Assembly (NCBI GenBank): GCA_030264375.1
Contig: JASCQW010000139.1
Span: forward strand, 6,339,225-6,403,224
Direction: 5' to 3'
Source of the DNA: Carcharhinus longimanus
Lineage: Eukaryota
DNA length: 64,000 nucleotides
This document shows positions 52,766 through 64,000 of the stretch, piece after piece (the stretch's first letter is position 1; the number at the start of each line of letters is the position of its first letter). The position numbers were made by a program, and so were the translations under genes. Below the pieces are notes generated by a model, which was not told where the DNA came from, did not search any database, and saw only the letters and a program-made list of their open reading frames with translations.

Positions 52766-53249
52766 TGTGCTGTTAATAGTAAAGCAAAAAGGATTTTCAA
52801 ATTTAGAGAGAAAGCAACTTCCTAAACTTTTTTTAAGCTTTATTCAAACGTATGTTTTTTTAAAAAATGGAACCATCCCTCTTCTAATTCTGCAATGTGA
52901 TCTGTGACCACTTATGACTTATCCTGGGATTTTCCAACCACTATACCACACTTTGACTGCCCTGTAATCTTAACTGAGCAGGTCAAAATTACAATCAACC
53001 CATTGAACAGTTCATATTCCATCCTGTAAATAACTGCTCTTTAAAAAGTAATTCACCTTTCTACAAGTTAGAAAATGCAATGTGATTCAGTCTCATTTCA
53101 AACTAAAATAACCTGCGACTACTACATAAACTAATGCGAAAGCTAGTGCACAATATTCATCTCCAGGCAAGAACATATTGAATGATTCAGAAATAAGAAA
53201 TATAATAGAAACAAGCTGAACAATGCCAAGCAGCCATTTTGGAAACACA

Positions 53250-53492
53250 AGATAGAATTTTACATCCTCTATTAGCATGTTTAAAAATGTTGGAGCTCAT
53301 TAAATTTCCCGAGTGACCTTTCCACCATTCTCCTGCCCAATTCCCAATCCATCTCCATTTTAGGTGGGCAGGAGGAAGGTCGCCTTTGCTCCATTGAGGC
53401 CCTTCCCGCCCAAGCTTCAATTTTGAGGCTGACGAGAGACGTTCAGGGTTGGGGCAAAATGCTCAACAAGTCACCTTGTTTAGTCCTCAAGC

Positions 53493-53531
<39 letters not shown>

Positions 53532-55190
53532 CCCACACAAAAGTTCCTTTTCCACATTGGGTGCCCAGTCCCCACTGCCTCCCACTGATGCCACGACCGA
53601 CCCCTCCCTCCCCCCCCCAACCACCACCACCACCATCAAGCTTCACCACCTTTCCCTGCCATGAGACCCTCTGCGCTTACCCAGTCCTGGATCTAGAACT
53701 TTGAATTTAAGGATTGCTTGACCACTGCTGCCTATGGGCCTGCTGGCACCACAGAGTTGCCAGCCACTCTGAGGTGGGGCCTCCACTCAGAAAGCTCATC
53801 TCAATCCAATTAACATTCCCCAGAGCATTAACTGGCTGTAGGGCTGATGTGATTGGTGGGGATGCTTTCTCCACGGATTCTTCAGGTGGTAGGGCAGGAA
53901 ACCTGATCATCAGAAAAATCCCAAATACTGGACTCTACAATCAGCCAATCATTCAAGGTTTGGCCATACAAACAGGAGAAGGTGGCATTTACCCACTAAA
54001 GATATACTAAATTGTACTCTACTTATGTAATTATAATTATTTTTTCTAAAGCATATTTCTCTAAAATCACTTAATACTTGTACTCACAATAATTATACAA
54101 CTATATCTAGATGTTTTTGCTTTAAAAATAAACATGAGCTCAGTCTAGAGCAAGTTACTAAATAACAATTCCCTTCTGGGTGCGGTTTTATCTTTCAATG
54201 TGCAATTATTTAGTACTAAAAAGCCATAGTTGAAAGTCAAGAGCCAAAACCAACTCAATCTTCTTTGGATCAAATATCTGACGAGCCCACTTTCTCAGGA
54301 ACAAATAATAGTGCACTGAGAATTACATTATCACCAGGGTGAGTCAAGATAGTCAACTTTGACCTACTTTAGTACGGAACCCATCTACTTCCCTTCTACG
54401 TGACACATCATCTTTTAACCCTCGAGTGCAGAGAGTACTGATGGATATTATAAAAACAGGGTTGCAAAATAGTAAATACTGTATTCAATTCATAATCTTC
54501 AAAGGATAAATGGTCTCTAAACTTTAGTGTGAAATCTTGTGAGCTTTCACAACTCCTCCTTTGTTCTCCAAATAAAAAATCATGGGTCTGAATTTTTCGG
54601 ATGACAGGATCCGACTTCCGGCCATCCAATGAGCCAGCAGGGAACATATCCCTGCCAACTCAGAGTGCCCTGCAGCCAATTTACGCTCCAATGAGTGATA
54701 AAGAGCTGCAGACTCCTACCCCTCACTCGGGAAGAGGTCCAGCCTTAGAGAGTTGCCAGCTGCAACTCTCCAGTCCTTGCAGTGACAGTGCTGCAGTGGA
54801 CAGAAGTAGTGCTGTAGGATGCCTGAGCCTAAGCCTAGAAACTGGATTTCAAGGTAAGTTCAAGGGATCTGTGTGAGGAGGGTAGGAAAGGATAAAGGGG
54901 GTGAATAAGGGGCAGCTAAGTCCAAAGTGGAGGGAGGTTTAGGAGCTTCTGATCGAGACACCTGCCTGAGATGCAACTTTGTTTTTTTTTACCTTCCCCA
55001 TGGAGGGTCAATCTTTCCACCTGCATAAAAATTGAGGCTGGGTAGGAAATGACCCTTAAGTGCCAAATTTATGGGCCTCATTGGGGCAAGAGTGGACCTT
55101 CTATCCAAGGTCTTGCCCGCTCCAATATAAAATCGCTGTGTGGTCAGGGCACGTGGGCACCTGAAGGGAATCCTATATATTAAATTTTGG
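53250..55190. mobile_element. Two diverged copies of one non-autonomous DNA transposon family in inverted orientation (53250-53925; 54583-55190)
   Basis: cctgatcatcagaaaaatccc vs ctgaatttttcggatgacagg; cattgaggcccttcccgcccaagcttcaatttt vs aaaattgaggctgggtaggaa...gggcctcattgg. Confidence 0.7.
53496..53529. repeat. (GT)17 microsatellite
   Basis: Perfect dinucleotide run. Confidence 0.95.
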
Positions 55191-56607
55191 CGGGGAAGCA
55201 TTAAATTTTGGCTATAGATCCACCAGAGCCATGTATGCTTTCCCAACCCAGGGTACAGGCAAGCAAGCTCATTTAACCAGCATAACATATGCTCCACTTT
55301 GTATATCTAAAGCACTTCTAAGGTTCAAGACTAAGCATATATTTCATTTTACTGCCCCTGCTCTCTACACCCTTCACATATTTTCAACTCTCATGAAAAC
55401 ATAGCTTCATGTAGGATACAAGTAGCATGTGCAGACTATTCATCCATGGATGTTCAGTCCTATCTTGATTCAGTCTTAACACACATATATTTTATAGGGG
55501 AGATCACTGATTCAGGAATAAGAAATCTACTTAGGAAGTTTTAGGCATATTGCAGCAAATCAACATTTGCCAATGCCAAAATCAGCCAATTTATTAAACT
55601 ATAGATTGAGATTGGACTCTCTTTCTGATACAAGTTATTTTCTAAGAACAGATCATATTATCAGTAAATTACATCGTCTTTCTAAACTGAAAACAAAAGT
55701 GTGCAATAAATTAAGATATATTGCGTGGGAGTACTCAGTAACATTGAATGAGATTAGTGAGAAAGTTGCTAGGATGCAATGTGAGCCTGAACATGTTTGC
55801 ATATTTCAAAATGGCTGAATGATTACACAATGCACTAAGTTTTTTTAACCCCTCAGGTGCTGAAAACCCTGGCACATTTTTGCTACAGAATATCTTCACT
55901 TATTATATCATCAAGATGCTGTCAACACCTAACCCATTTTGGTATAGCATAAGACTTCAGTTTTATGTAGCCCAGTCTCCAGGAACAATTGAAATAAGTA
56001 GAAAAAACACACAAAATATGGACTATCTTGGCAACTTGTCCCACACTCTTCACTGCCTATAACTCTTAAGTTTTCTGATGTTCCATGGAGAGGGCATGCT
56101 AATGGGATGGAATGAAAGTAGCAGCACTGGGGATGGTTCCCTGAAATGGAATTTCAGGCCAATGTTTAAAACTTACTTGGAATAATATGGATAAGTAGAT
56201 GACTAGCATTTACCTATAAAGTAAGGATCTTTTTTGGCCCATCTTTTAGCAACTGGCCCTCACTTTCTTTTCTAATTATTAACCGGTGTGAAAAAGAGAC
56301 TTGGGAGCAAAAAAAAACCTTCGCTGTGGACAAATCAATAGGTTATTCAAACTGAGGTAGAAATTGTAAACAACAGTCCTCCAGCATTTTGTACTAATTT
56401 TTTATGGCATGTTTATGATTAAAGGACATCATCCCTTGGTTTGTATTTATTGCAATGCTTAGTAGCTGAAATTGGACAAAATTGGAATTCCATCCATGTT
56501 AAAGGATATTACCAACACACCAGCTCAGGTCTAAACATCTTAAGGAAAGTGTACAGTTCAGTTGTCTCCAAGACAGGATAAAAACTCAGAAATATGCTGT
56601 TTGGCTA

Positions 56608-56748
<141 letters not shown>

Positions 56749-57840
56749 CTACAACACACCCAGGATAACATTTAATATAAAAGGTGAATGCGGAGGGAAA
56801 TGGATTGATCTCTGCAGAACTTAAATTCAATCACACTGTTGTAAAATATGAAAAACTACATTTTATGTCATGTACTACAACCAGTAAAATAAAGCTTTTA
56901 GGTATAATAAGCATCCATTTTGTACACTGGAAATGCTGCCTCTAGCCTAAGTGTCATTCATATTTTTTGAGCAGCTGCTCATTTTGTTTTGCTGTGAAAA
57001 GCAGTGTAAACATAGTTTCACAAGTACATTTAAACCATCGCCCTCCAAGTGAATGGTGAAATTTGAATCAATTGATCTGTTTTTAATGTCGTTTGCAGAG
57101 GGAGGAATGGAGGCCTTCCAGCTCTTAAAATATTTGATATAGGAATAGGCACACAAGGCCTTCAAGATCTCAATCTGGATGCAAGCACCTTCAACAATAC
57201 TGAATTCTCCCAGGTTTAGATGAAGAAGTGCTGGAGAGAGACCGCACCATAAGGTGCGGAACAAGCTTCAATCCAATGGTTTCCCACAATGATGTTTCCT
57301 ATTTTTGCCCGCAGTGGATACAAATCTAGAAAGTAAACATATTAACATAGAGACCTCAGAAAGTTTCTGTCCTGATCTCTCTCACTGTGGGGGTTGAGTG
57401 GTAAAGAGAGCATGCACTTAATTTTCTTAATTAGTTTTCTTACTGTACAATTAGTGAGGTAGAAATCTGCTCTAATTAAAGTCAGGTTGAAAAATTTAAT
57501 GTTTAGTTTTGAAGATTTTTCTTCAAGTCCTGAACTCCAGTGTACACAACAACGAGACCATCTGCAGGAACAGCTTTTTATAGAGTATGTTTATAACTAG
57601 AGTAAAATTTCCAGAAACAACATTTACAAACTATCACTCTTTCTACAATTTATTTTTAAAAATTAAACCAACACAATTACAAGCCCCATCATAAGATGCG
57701 ACAGGTCTTCAGGAATTGCATGATGAAAGAGACCAACTGACATTTCAAAATGAATTAACAAAATGAAATGTATGTGTCTTTGCTACCTGCTCCTCCAGCA
57801 CAGTGATCTGTGCCACAGAGTGAGAAATTCCAGGTCTCTG

Positions 57841-58335
57841 TAGAGTCATAGAGGTTTACAAACATGGAAACAGGCCCTTCGGCCCAACTTGTCAGGCCGC
57901 CCCTTTCTTTTTAAAACTCCTAAACAAATCCCAATTGCCTGCATTTGGTCCATATCTCTCTATATCCATCTTACCCACGTAACTGTCTAAATGCTTTTTA
58001 AAAGACAAAATTGTACTTGCCTCTACTACTACCTCTGGCGGCTTCACCACCCTCTGTGAAATAAATGCCCCTCTGGACATTTTGTATCTCTCCCGTCTCA
58101 TCTTAAACCTATGCCTTCTAGTTTTAGACTCCCCTCCGTTGGGAAAAGATATTGACTATCTAGGTGATCTGTGCCCCTCATTATNNNNNNNNNNNNNNNN
58201 NNNNNNNNNNNNNNNNNNNNNACACCCGAGAAAAAAAGGTCCCAGTCTATCCAGCCTCTCCTTATAATTCAAACCATCAAGTCCTGGTAGCATCCTAGCA
58301 AATCTTTTCTGCACTCTTTCTAGTTTAATAATATC
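57841..58335 (-). mobile_element. CR1 LINE 3' fragment in VMP1 intron 8
   Basis: Same tail as 10458; ends with ttttctgcactctttctagtttaataatatc (IIKLERVQK reversed). Confidence 0.85.
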
Positions 58336-58830
58336 TCTATGCTAAAATGTTTGTGGGAAGTCAGAGGACTGAAGCCTAATCTATCATTTTAAAGTGTAGT
58401 CTCACTCCAACACTTCACCATAATCTGAGAAAACATTTCAGTGCAGCACCAGGAGAATTTTGCATTGATGGTGTCACGTCCCAGATTGAGAAGTGGAAAG
58501 TCTTGGCTGCCAAATGTCAAACATTTTAAGAGCAGGACGTTCTCTCAAGCCACCTTTTCCTCTTCAACCAACAGCTTCAAAAATAAAACATCGAATCATT
58601 CATTTCATTCTTGTTTTTCGGGCTCTACTGTGTGTAAAGCGGTTGTTGTGCTCACTGACAAATGCTCGCTGAACTTCAAATAATTAGTTGGACGTGAAGC
58701 ATTCTGAAAATCCTGACACAGGATAAGAATCCATATAAAAATAATTTTGTTCTTTCACCGGAGTCACCTTTGTTTATTTCCCCTTCTGACTACGGTGCAC
58801 TGAGCTTATTAACTTTGGTCTTTTACTTAC

Positions 58831-58911
58831 TGAAGCACAGGCCAAGATTCCGAGGAACCCAACTCTTTGCACCAGCTTCTGAACAGCCAGCTTTGCTCGG
58901 GTAGGAAGGTC
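58831..58911 (-). CDS. VMP1: VMP1 coding exon (equivalent to human exon 8, 81 bp)
   Basis: Minus strand tttttccttcgtaag|GAC...TCA|gtaagt; translates [27 protein letters not shown], matching recalled vertebrate VMP1 ([27 protein letters not shown]); phase 0/0. Upstream exons were not found in the window. Confidence 0.96.
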
Positions 58912-61279
58912 CTTACGAAGGAAAAACAGAATAAATTTTCAGGAAAATCTTAAAACAGTGATCTCTAATGTTATAATGCTGTTATACTGTTTCAGTATTT
59001 TGGAGATCAGATTACAAACAGAGCTCTGAGTATGCTTTACCAAGTGATGTTGACAACCACCAACAGGTGTCAAGGTTTTACATCTGGAGTAATACAAATC
59101 TAGACCTTGTGGGTACATCATTTGATACTTGTTTAGGAGATTTTAATTTTGTGAAAAGTAGCAACTCCTTTGCCCTCAACCTTACATTAAATATTGTCTG
59201 GGAGTGGTGCTTTGCAATAATATTCAACGTGAATTTAAGAGCATTCTCCTCTCTGAAAAAAGGATGATACACAGCATGATGCAGCAAGTACTCTAACTTG
59301 GATTTAGCACTTTTACAATGCACACGAAGAAGACCAATGTCCATAGTAATACAAACAAAAAATGCTTGAAATACTCAGCAGGTCAGACAGCATCTGTGAA
59401 GAGAAAGAAAGTTAACATTTCAGAACCAGTGTCTATAGTACAGTGAGGGCTATACAATCTGCCAAAAAAAACAAGCTGGAGGTGCCAAATGTAACAATAT
59501 AATTGGCTTCATCCAAGTGAACACCTCAAACTAAGAATCTGCACAGGAATTCAATTACTATAGGTAATGACTTGTGGAAATTTACAAACTTATGTACGCA
59601 CTTTATACATGAGCTCAATGCAAATCAATTTCTTTCAGCAATGTGAGCGCAATACAGTCAGATGAAAATGCTAAAGCATTTTCTCAATGTGTCATGCTCC
59701 TCAATGGCCAGAGCTGACAATGAAGCACCCAGAAGAGGAAGGACCCGAGTATGAAGCTGCAGCCTGTGCGGAGTTAGACATCCTAAGTGCCCAGCTGAAG
59801 TCTAACTTGTGATTTATAAAAGTTCAGCATTTACCAATTAGCCATTTACCTTAAATAGTGGACTTGTCTTTTAAATATAGAATGAGAGGATAACAATAAT
59901 TTAACTTTTTTCCTTCTCTCGAGCACTCGCGTTCTGAGTTTCATAAACTTCTCACTATCATTACTTGAAGGATTTTCATTCTTCCCAATTTGTACATTTT
60001 TCATTTCTTTGGCTTAATCTATACTGAACGTTGGGATAAATTAATTGTAACCTCCAATATTCAATTGATTTAATAATCATAGAAACTCTATAGTATGGGA
60101 GGCTGCCATTTGGCCTATTAAATCTGCACCGACAACAATCCTACCCAGGCCCTATCCCCATAACTCCACATATTTACCCTGATAATCCCCTTGGCACAAA
60201 CGGACAATTTAGCATGGCCAATTAACGTAACCCACAAATCTTTGGATAACTATCTGGAATCTGAAAATTTTCTTCATAATATAGTTGAAAGTCTGCAAGG
60301 ATGTGCAACATTGTTGGCTATATTTTAGTACGAAATCTGGGCAACTAAAAGATAGTTTGTTGGGTTTTTGTTTTACAAAAAATTTCAAAGTTCAGGTTAT
60401 GCATTACTAGTATTGAACACACTAACATAGCATCAAACTAGCTGAAGAAATCGGAAAGGCAAATTTCTAACTGTCTTTTAGAAATTTCTACCTATCCTTA
60501 GAAAGTAACTGCTTTAAGGAAATAAAAATTTGTAATTCTAATGCTCACAAAAGTTCTGATTTGATTTATCACACATTAGTATACAATGAAAAGTATTGTT
60601 TCTTGCGCACTAAACAGACAAAAATTCACGAGAAACTTCTTTTTTGAAGGTTGAGACTCAGTGTCGATATCAGCAAGATTTGAGAGAATAATCAAGACAA
60701 TGGCATTAGTAAAGTGGTAGTGATCGAATAATATCAAACATTTGTTTTAAAAGTCTTTTAAAAAGATCACAGCTTTGGAAAGAGTTAGGTTTCATAATAG
60801 ATTTGTATCAGAATAGGAGGCTATGCAACACATCTTCCTCTCAACATAGTGAATTTTGTAGAGAGAGCAAAAACATGCAGAATGCTATTTCATCCTTGTA
60901 ATAAGTTATAAACTTAACCACAAAATACATTAGTATGTTACTATATTTGCTCTGTTGGCTGCCCACTGGGGACCAGTTCCAATATAGAACTCTGTTAATC
61001 CAAGAGTGCATTTTAAAAATATTATCTATTTTAGGAACCTTTTTAGAATTAAAATTGGCTTTTCATCCCCTGCTTGAACAGAGATCCATGGTTTTATTGA
61101 TGTGAAATCTCAGCTTTGTACATAAAAACCTCATTCTAAAGATCAACTGGTTCATTCAACATTTCTTCCTTTGCCACCCCATATGAAAATTAGTGATTAT
61201 GGGCACTAAAGTTTGGGACCAACAATTTTTAGCCAAACTTTGTGGAACTACTGAGAACAAGTACAACAACTTTTAAACA

Positions 61280-61500
61280 AGTCACGAGTGCGCACAAAAG
61301 CGGCTGAGCAAGGGGTGCACAAGGGAAGCTGAGTGAGGGAGCGTGCAACTGCGTGCAAGGGCAGCCAAGTGAGGGAGTGAACAGATGAGTGTCCCAGTGA
61401 GTGTGAGAGTGGCTAAGTGAAGGAGAGAACATAAGCATGGCTGTAGGAGTGACTGAGTGAGGGAGTAAGTGCATGGGTGGCTGTGTGAGTGAGTGAAGAT
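61280..61500. repeat. Degenerate GAGT/GAGG-rich simple repeat
   Basis: Recurring gagtgagggag(t/c)g and gtgcacaaggg units. Confidence 0.55.
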
Positions 61501-61809
61501 TGGTGGTCCAATGTCCTTGGAAAATGCAGTAGTTGGATTTTCAACTAAGATGGTCTGTTAACAGCATGATCCAATACATCTTGACAGAACTCAAATGTTG
61601 AACACCCATCGATATGGATTACTCACATTTTTACTATAAATGCCTAATTCAGATACCTGACTGACCTAATGGCTTATGTATCCAAATACAGGACCAATCA
61701 TTCTTCGAATGTTAATTGTAATCATGAACATTTGTGTGCATGTTTTTGGCGAGGTGACTGTATTGGAAGGTGAGAGGACAGTGTTTTCTTAAATTCATTC
61801 ATGGGATTC

Positions 61810-62360
61810 AAGAACATAAGAAAATAGGAGCAGGAGTAGGCCATCTAGCCCTTCGAGCCTGCCCCGCCATTCAATAAGATCATGGCNNNNNNNNNNNNNN
61901 NNNNNNNNNNNNNNNNNNNNNNNNNNNNNNNNNNNNNNNNNNNNNNNNNNNNNNNNNNNNNNNNNNNNNNNNNNNNNNNNNNNNNNNNNNNNNNNNNNNN
62001 NNNNNNNNNNNNNNNNNNNNNNNNNNNNNNNNNNNNNNNNNNNNNNNNNNNNNNNNNNNNNNNNNNNNNNNNNNNNNNNNNNNNNNNNNNNNNNNNNNNN
62101 NNNNNNNNNNNNNNNNNNNNNNNNNNNNNNNNNNNNNNNNNNNNNNNNNNNNNNNNNNNNNNNNNNNNNNNNNNNNNNNNNNNNNNNNNNNNNNNNNNNN
62201 NNNNNNNNNNNNNNNNNNNNNNNNAGGTGGGAGGTTTGTCAGGTAAGTGGGACAGAACTCCCACTTACCTGACGAAGGAGCCGTGCTCCAAAAGCTAGTG
62301 GCTTTCACTCCCAAATAAATCTGTTGGACTTTAACCTGGTGTTGTGGGACTTCTTACGGG
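61810..62360. mobile_element. Young CR1 tail (-), gap, then Penelope-like terminal fragment (about 62235-62360)
   Basis: agaacataagaaaataggagcaggagtaggcc; cctgacgaaggagccgtgctccaaaagctagtg...caaataaatctgttggactttaacctggtgttgtg (sister copy 42550-42675). Confidence 0.7.
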
Positions 62361-62769
62361 ATTCAAACCCACATCCCCAGAGCATTATTACTCTGGGTTT
62401 CTAGATTATTAGACTTGTGACAATACCACATCGCCACCACCTCCCGTGTGTCTGGTACAGGCAAGTGTGCGTGGGAGGGGGGAGAAAAAGAGATAGCGAG
62501 ACAGAGAGAGGGGTGAATGTGCATGTGAAAGAGAGCCTGTGTACGAGTGAGGAGTGGGGGAGGGAAGTGTGTGCATGCTTGCAAGAAGGATAGGGAGAGA
62601 GCAAGAGCAGGCAAGAGGGAATGTGCACCCTAGGACCGACTGAGCTGAACACACTCCAATGGTCATTTTTATTTCTTGTATATATTTTTTAATTACCAAT
62701 TTATTGTTGTGTCTTTTTTATTTTCCATACAGCAGCTATTTTTTGAAATTCAGGATAAATGTTCATAAA

Positions 62770-64000
62770 ATCGCTACAGTGCAGGAAGAGGCCACTTGGC
62801 CCATTGAGCCTGTACTGACAACAATCCCAATCTATCTCCATAACCCCACGTATTTACCCTGCTAATTCCGCTGACACATGACCAATCAACGTAATCTGCA
62901 CATCTTCGGACTGTAGGAAGAAACCTATGCGGGTATGGGAAGAACGTGCAAACTTCACAGTCACCCAAGGAATTGAACCCAGGTCCTCAGCACTCTGACA
63001 TTCAATCATGGCTGATAAATTTCTCAACCTTATTTTCCCACCCTCTCTCCATAACCTTTGAAATGGTTGGACAAGCCTGGACTAACCTGAAAGGTTTCAC
63101 AGATTAGTGTATAAATACCTTTGAAATTCATATCAGTTTTGCAAACTCACAACTGAAGGTGGGGCACAAAAGATTATATAGCAATAACCTAAAGCCACTA
63201 TAGTGCAGAGAACAGGTTTATTCCCCATTTTAACCCCACTGTTGTGATGGATTACTGTTGTCTTTGGGTCTAAGCGAGAGCAAAACAGGTGGGAGCCTAT
63301 TGCTTACGCTATGACCAAGGTATGCACATCAGCTACTTAGGTAATAAAACATAGGTATCTTGAGATTTCATTCTTTAGAATAAGACATGAAGCCTTGTGA
63401 GCCTGCTCTGTCATTTACTTAGATCTGCCCGNNNNNNNNNNNNNNNNNNNNNNNNNNNNNNNNNNNNNNNNNNNNNNNNNNNNNNNNNNNNNNNNNNNNN
63501 NNNNNNNNNNNNNNNNNNNNNNNNNNNNNNNGATAAGAGAGGGGATTAAGGGTTATGGGGAGAGGGCGGGAATGTGGAACTGAGTCACGACAGATCAGCC
63601 ATGATCTTTTTGAATGGCGGGGCAGGCTCAAAGGGCTAGATGGCCTACTCCTGCTCCTATTTCTTATGTTCTTAGATCGTGGCTAATCTGTGCTTCATCT
63701 CCATTAACCAACCTTGGGAAAACCATTTCCCTTGGTATCCTTACCCAAAGACAAAAAAAAACTATCAATAGTAGTATACTGAAAATTTCCAGCAGCCACA
63801 ACTTTTGCATGAAAAAATTCCATCTTTTTCCATCTAATTTGAGCATGATAAACTGTTTAAGTTAATTTATTAGTGTCACAAGGAGGCTTACATTAACTCT
63901 GCAATGAAGTTACAGTGAAAGTCCTCTAGTCCTACACTCCAGTGCCTGTTTGGGCGCACTGAGGGAGAATTTAGCATGACCAATGCACCTAACCGGCACA
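62770..64000. mobile_element. Terminal cluster: HE1-like SINE (62770-62995 -), CR1 tails around a gap (63380-63680), SINE tail (63855-64000 -)
   Basis: Recognisable SINE and CR1 3' motifs shared with copies elsewhere in the window. Confidence 0.75.

Noticed and set aside
59600-59860. Octamer ATGCAAAT and a donor-like AAG|GTAAAT in intron 7
   Set aside because: No matching acceptor or VMP1-like translation; isolated short motifs are insufficient.
63380-63680. Opposed CR1 tails around a 100-N gap forming an apparent inverted repeat
   Set aside because: The join lies across a scaffold gap, so adjacency and spacing cannot be trusted.

Overview
Repeat-rich vertebrate genomic DNA with scaffold gaps (N runs). 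The SINE/LINE families (HE1/V-SINE-like, SacSINE/Deu-like, HER1/CR1-like) point to a cartilaginous fish (shark/ray). The window holds the 3' half of VMP1 (TMEM49) on the minus strand. Five coding exons (human-numbered 8-12) lie at 58831-58911, 56632-56748, 47257-47318, 26378-26480 and 23404-23547, encoding 168 aa plus stop, with a GC-AG intron 9. The miR-21 hairpin (20566-20638) lies about 2.8 kb past the stop codon. At the end of intron 10 is an element resembling the dedicated mammalian miR-21 promoter (miPPR-21: CArG, ETS, AP-1, STAT, TATA-like). Just downstream of it is an unexplained strong splice donor with a possible 20-nt micro-exon, which could yield an 87-aa VMP1 C-terminal microprotein, a poison isoform or a truncated isoform. 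The rest is decayed transposable elements: a Gmr1-like (integrase-before-RT) gypsy relic with nested insertions, a Harbinger relic and MITEs, many CR1 LINE fragments, SINEs, and Penelope-like fragments with degenerate hammerhead motifs. Most ORFs in the supplied track are spurious, TE-derived or run through N gaps. TE boundaries are approximate, and family names and human comparisons come from recalled sequences, not database searches.
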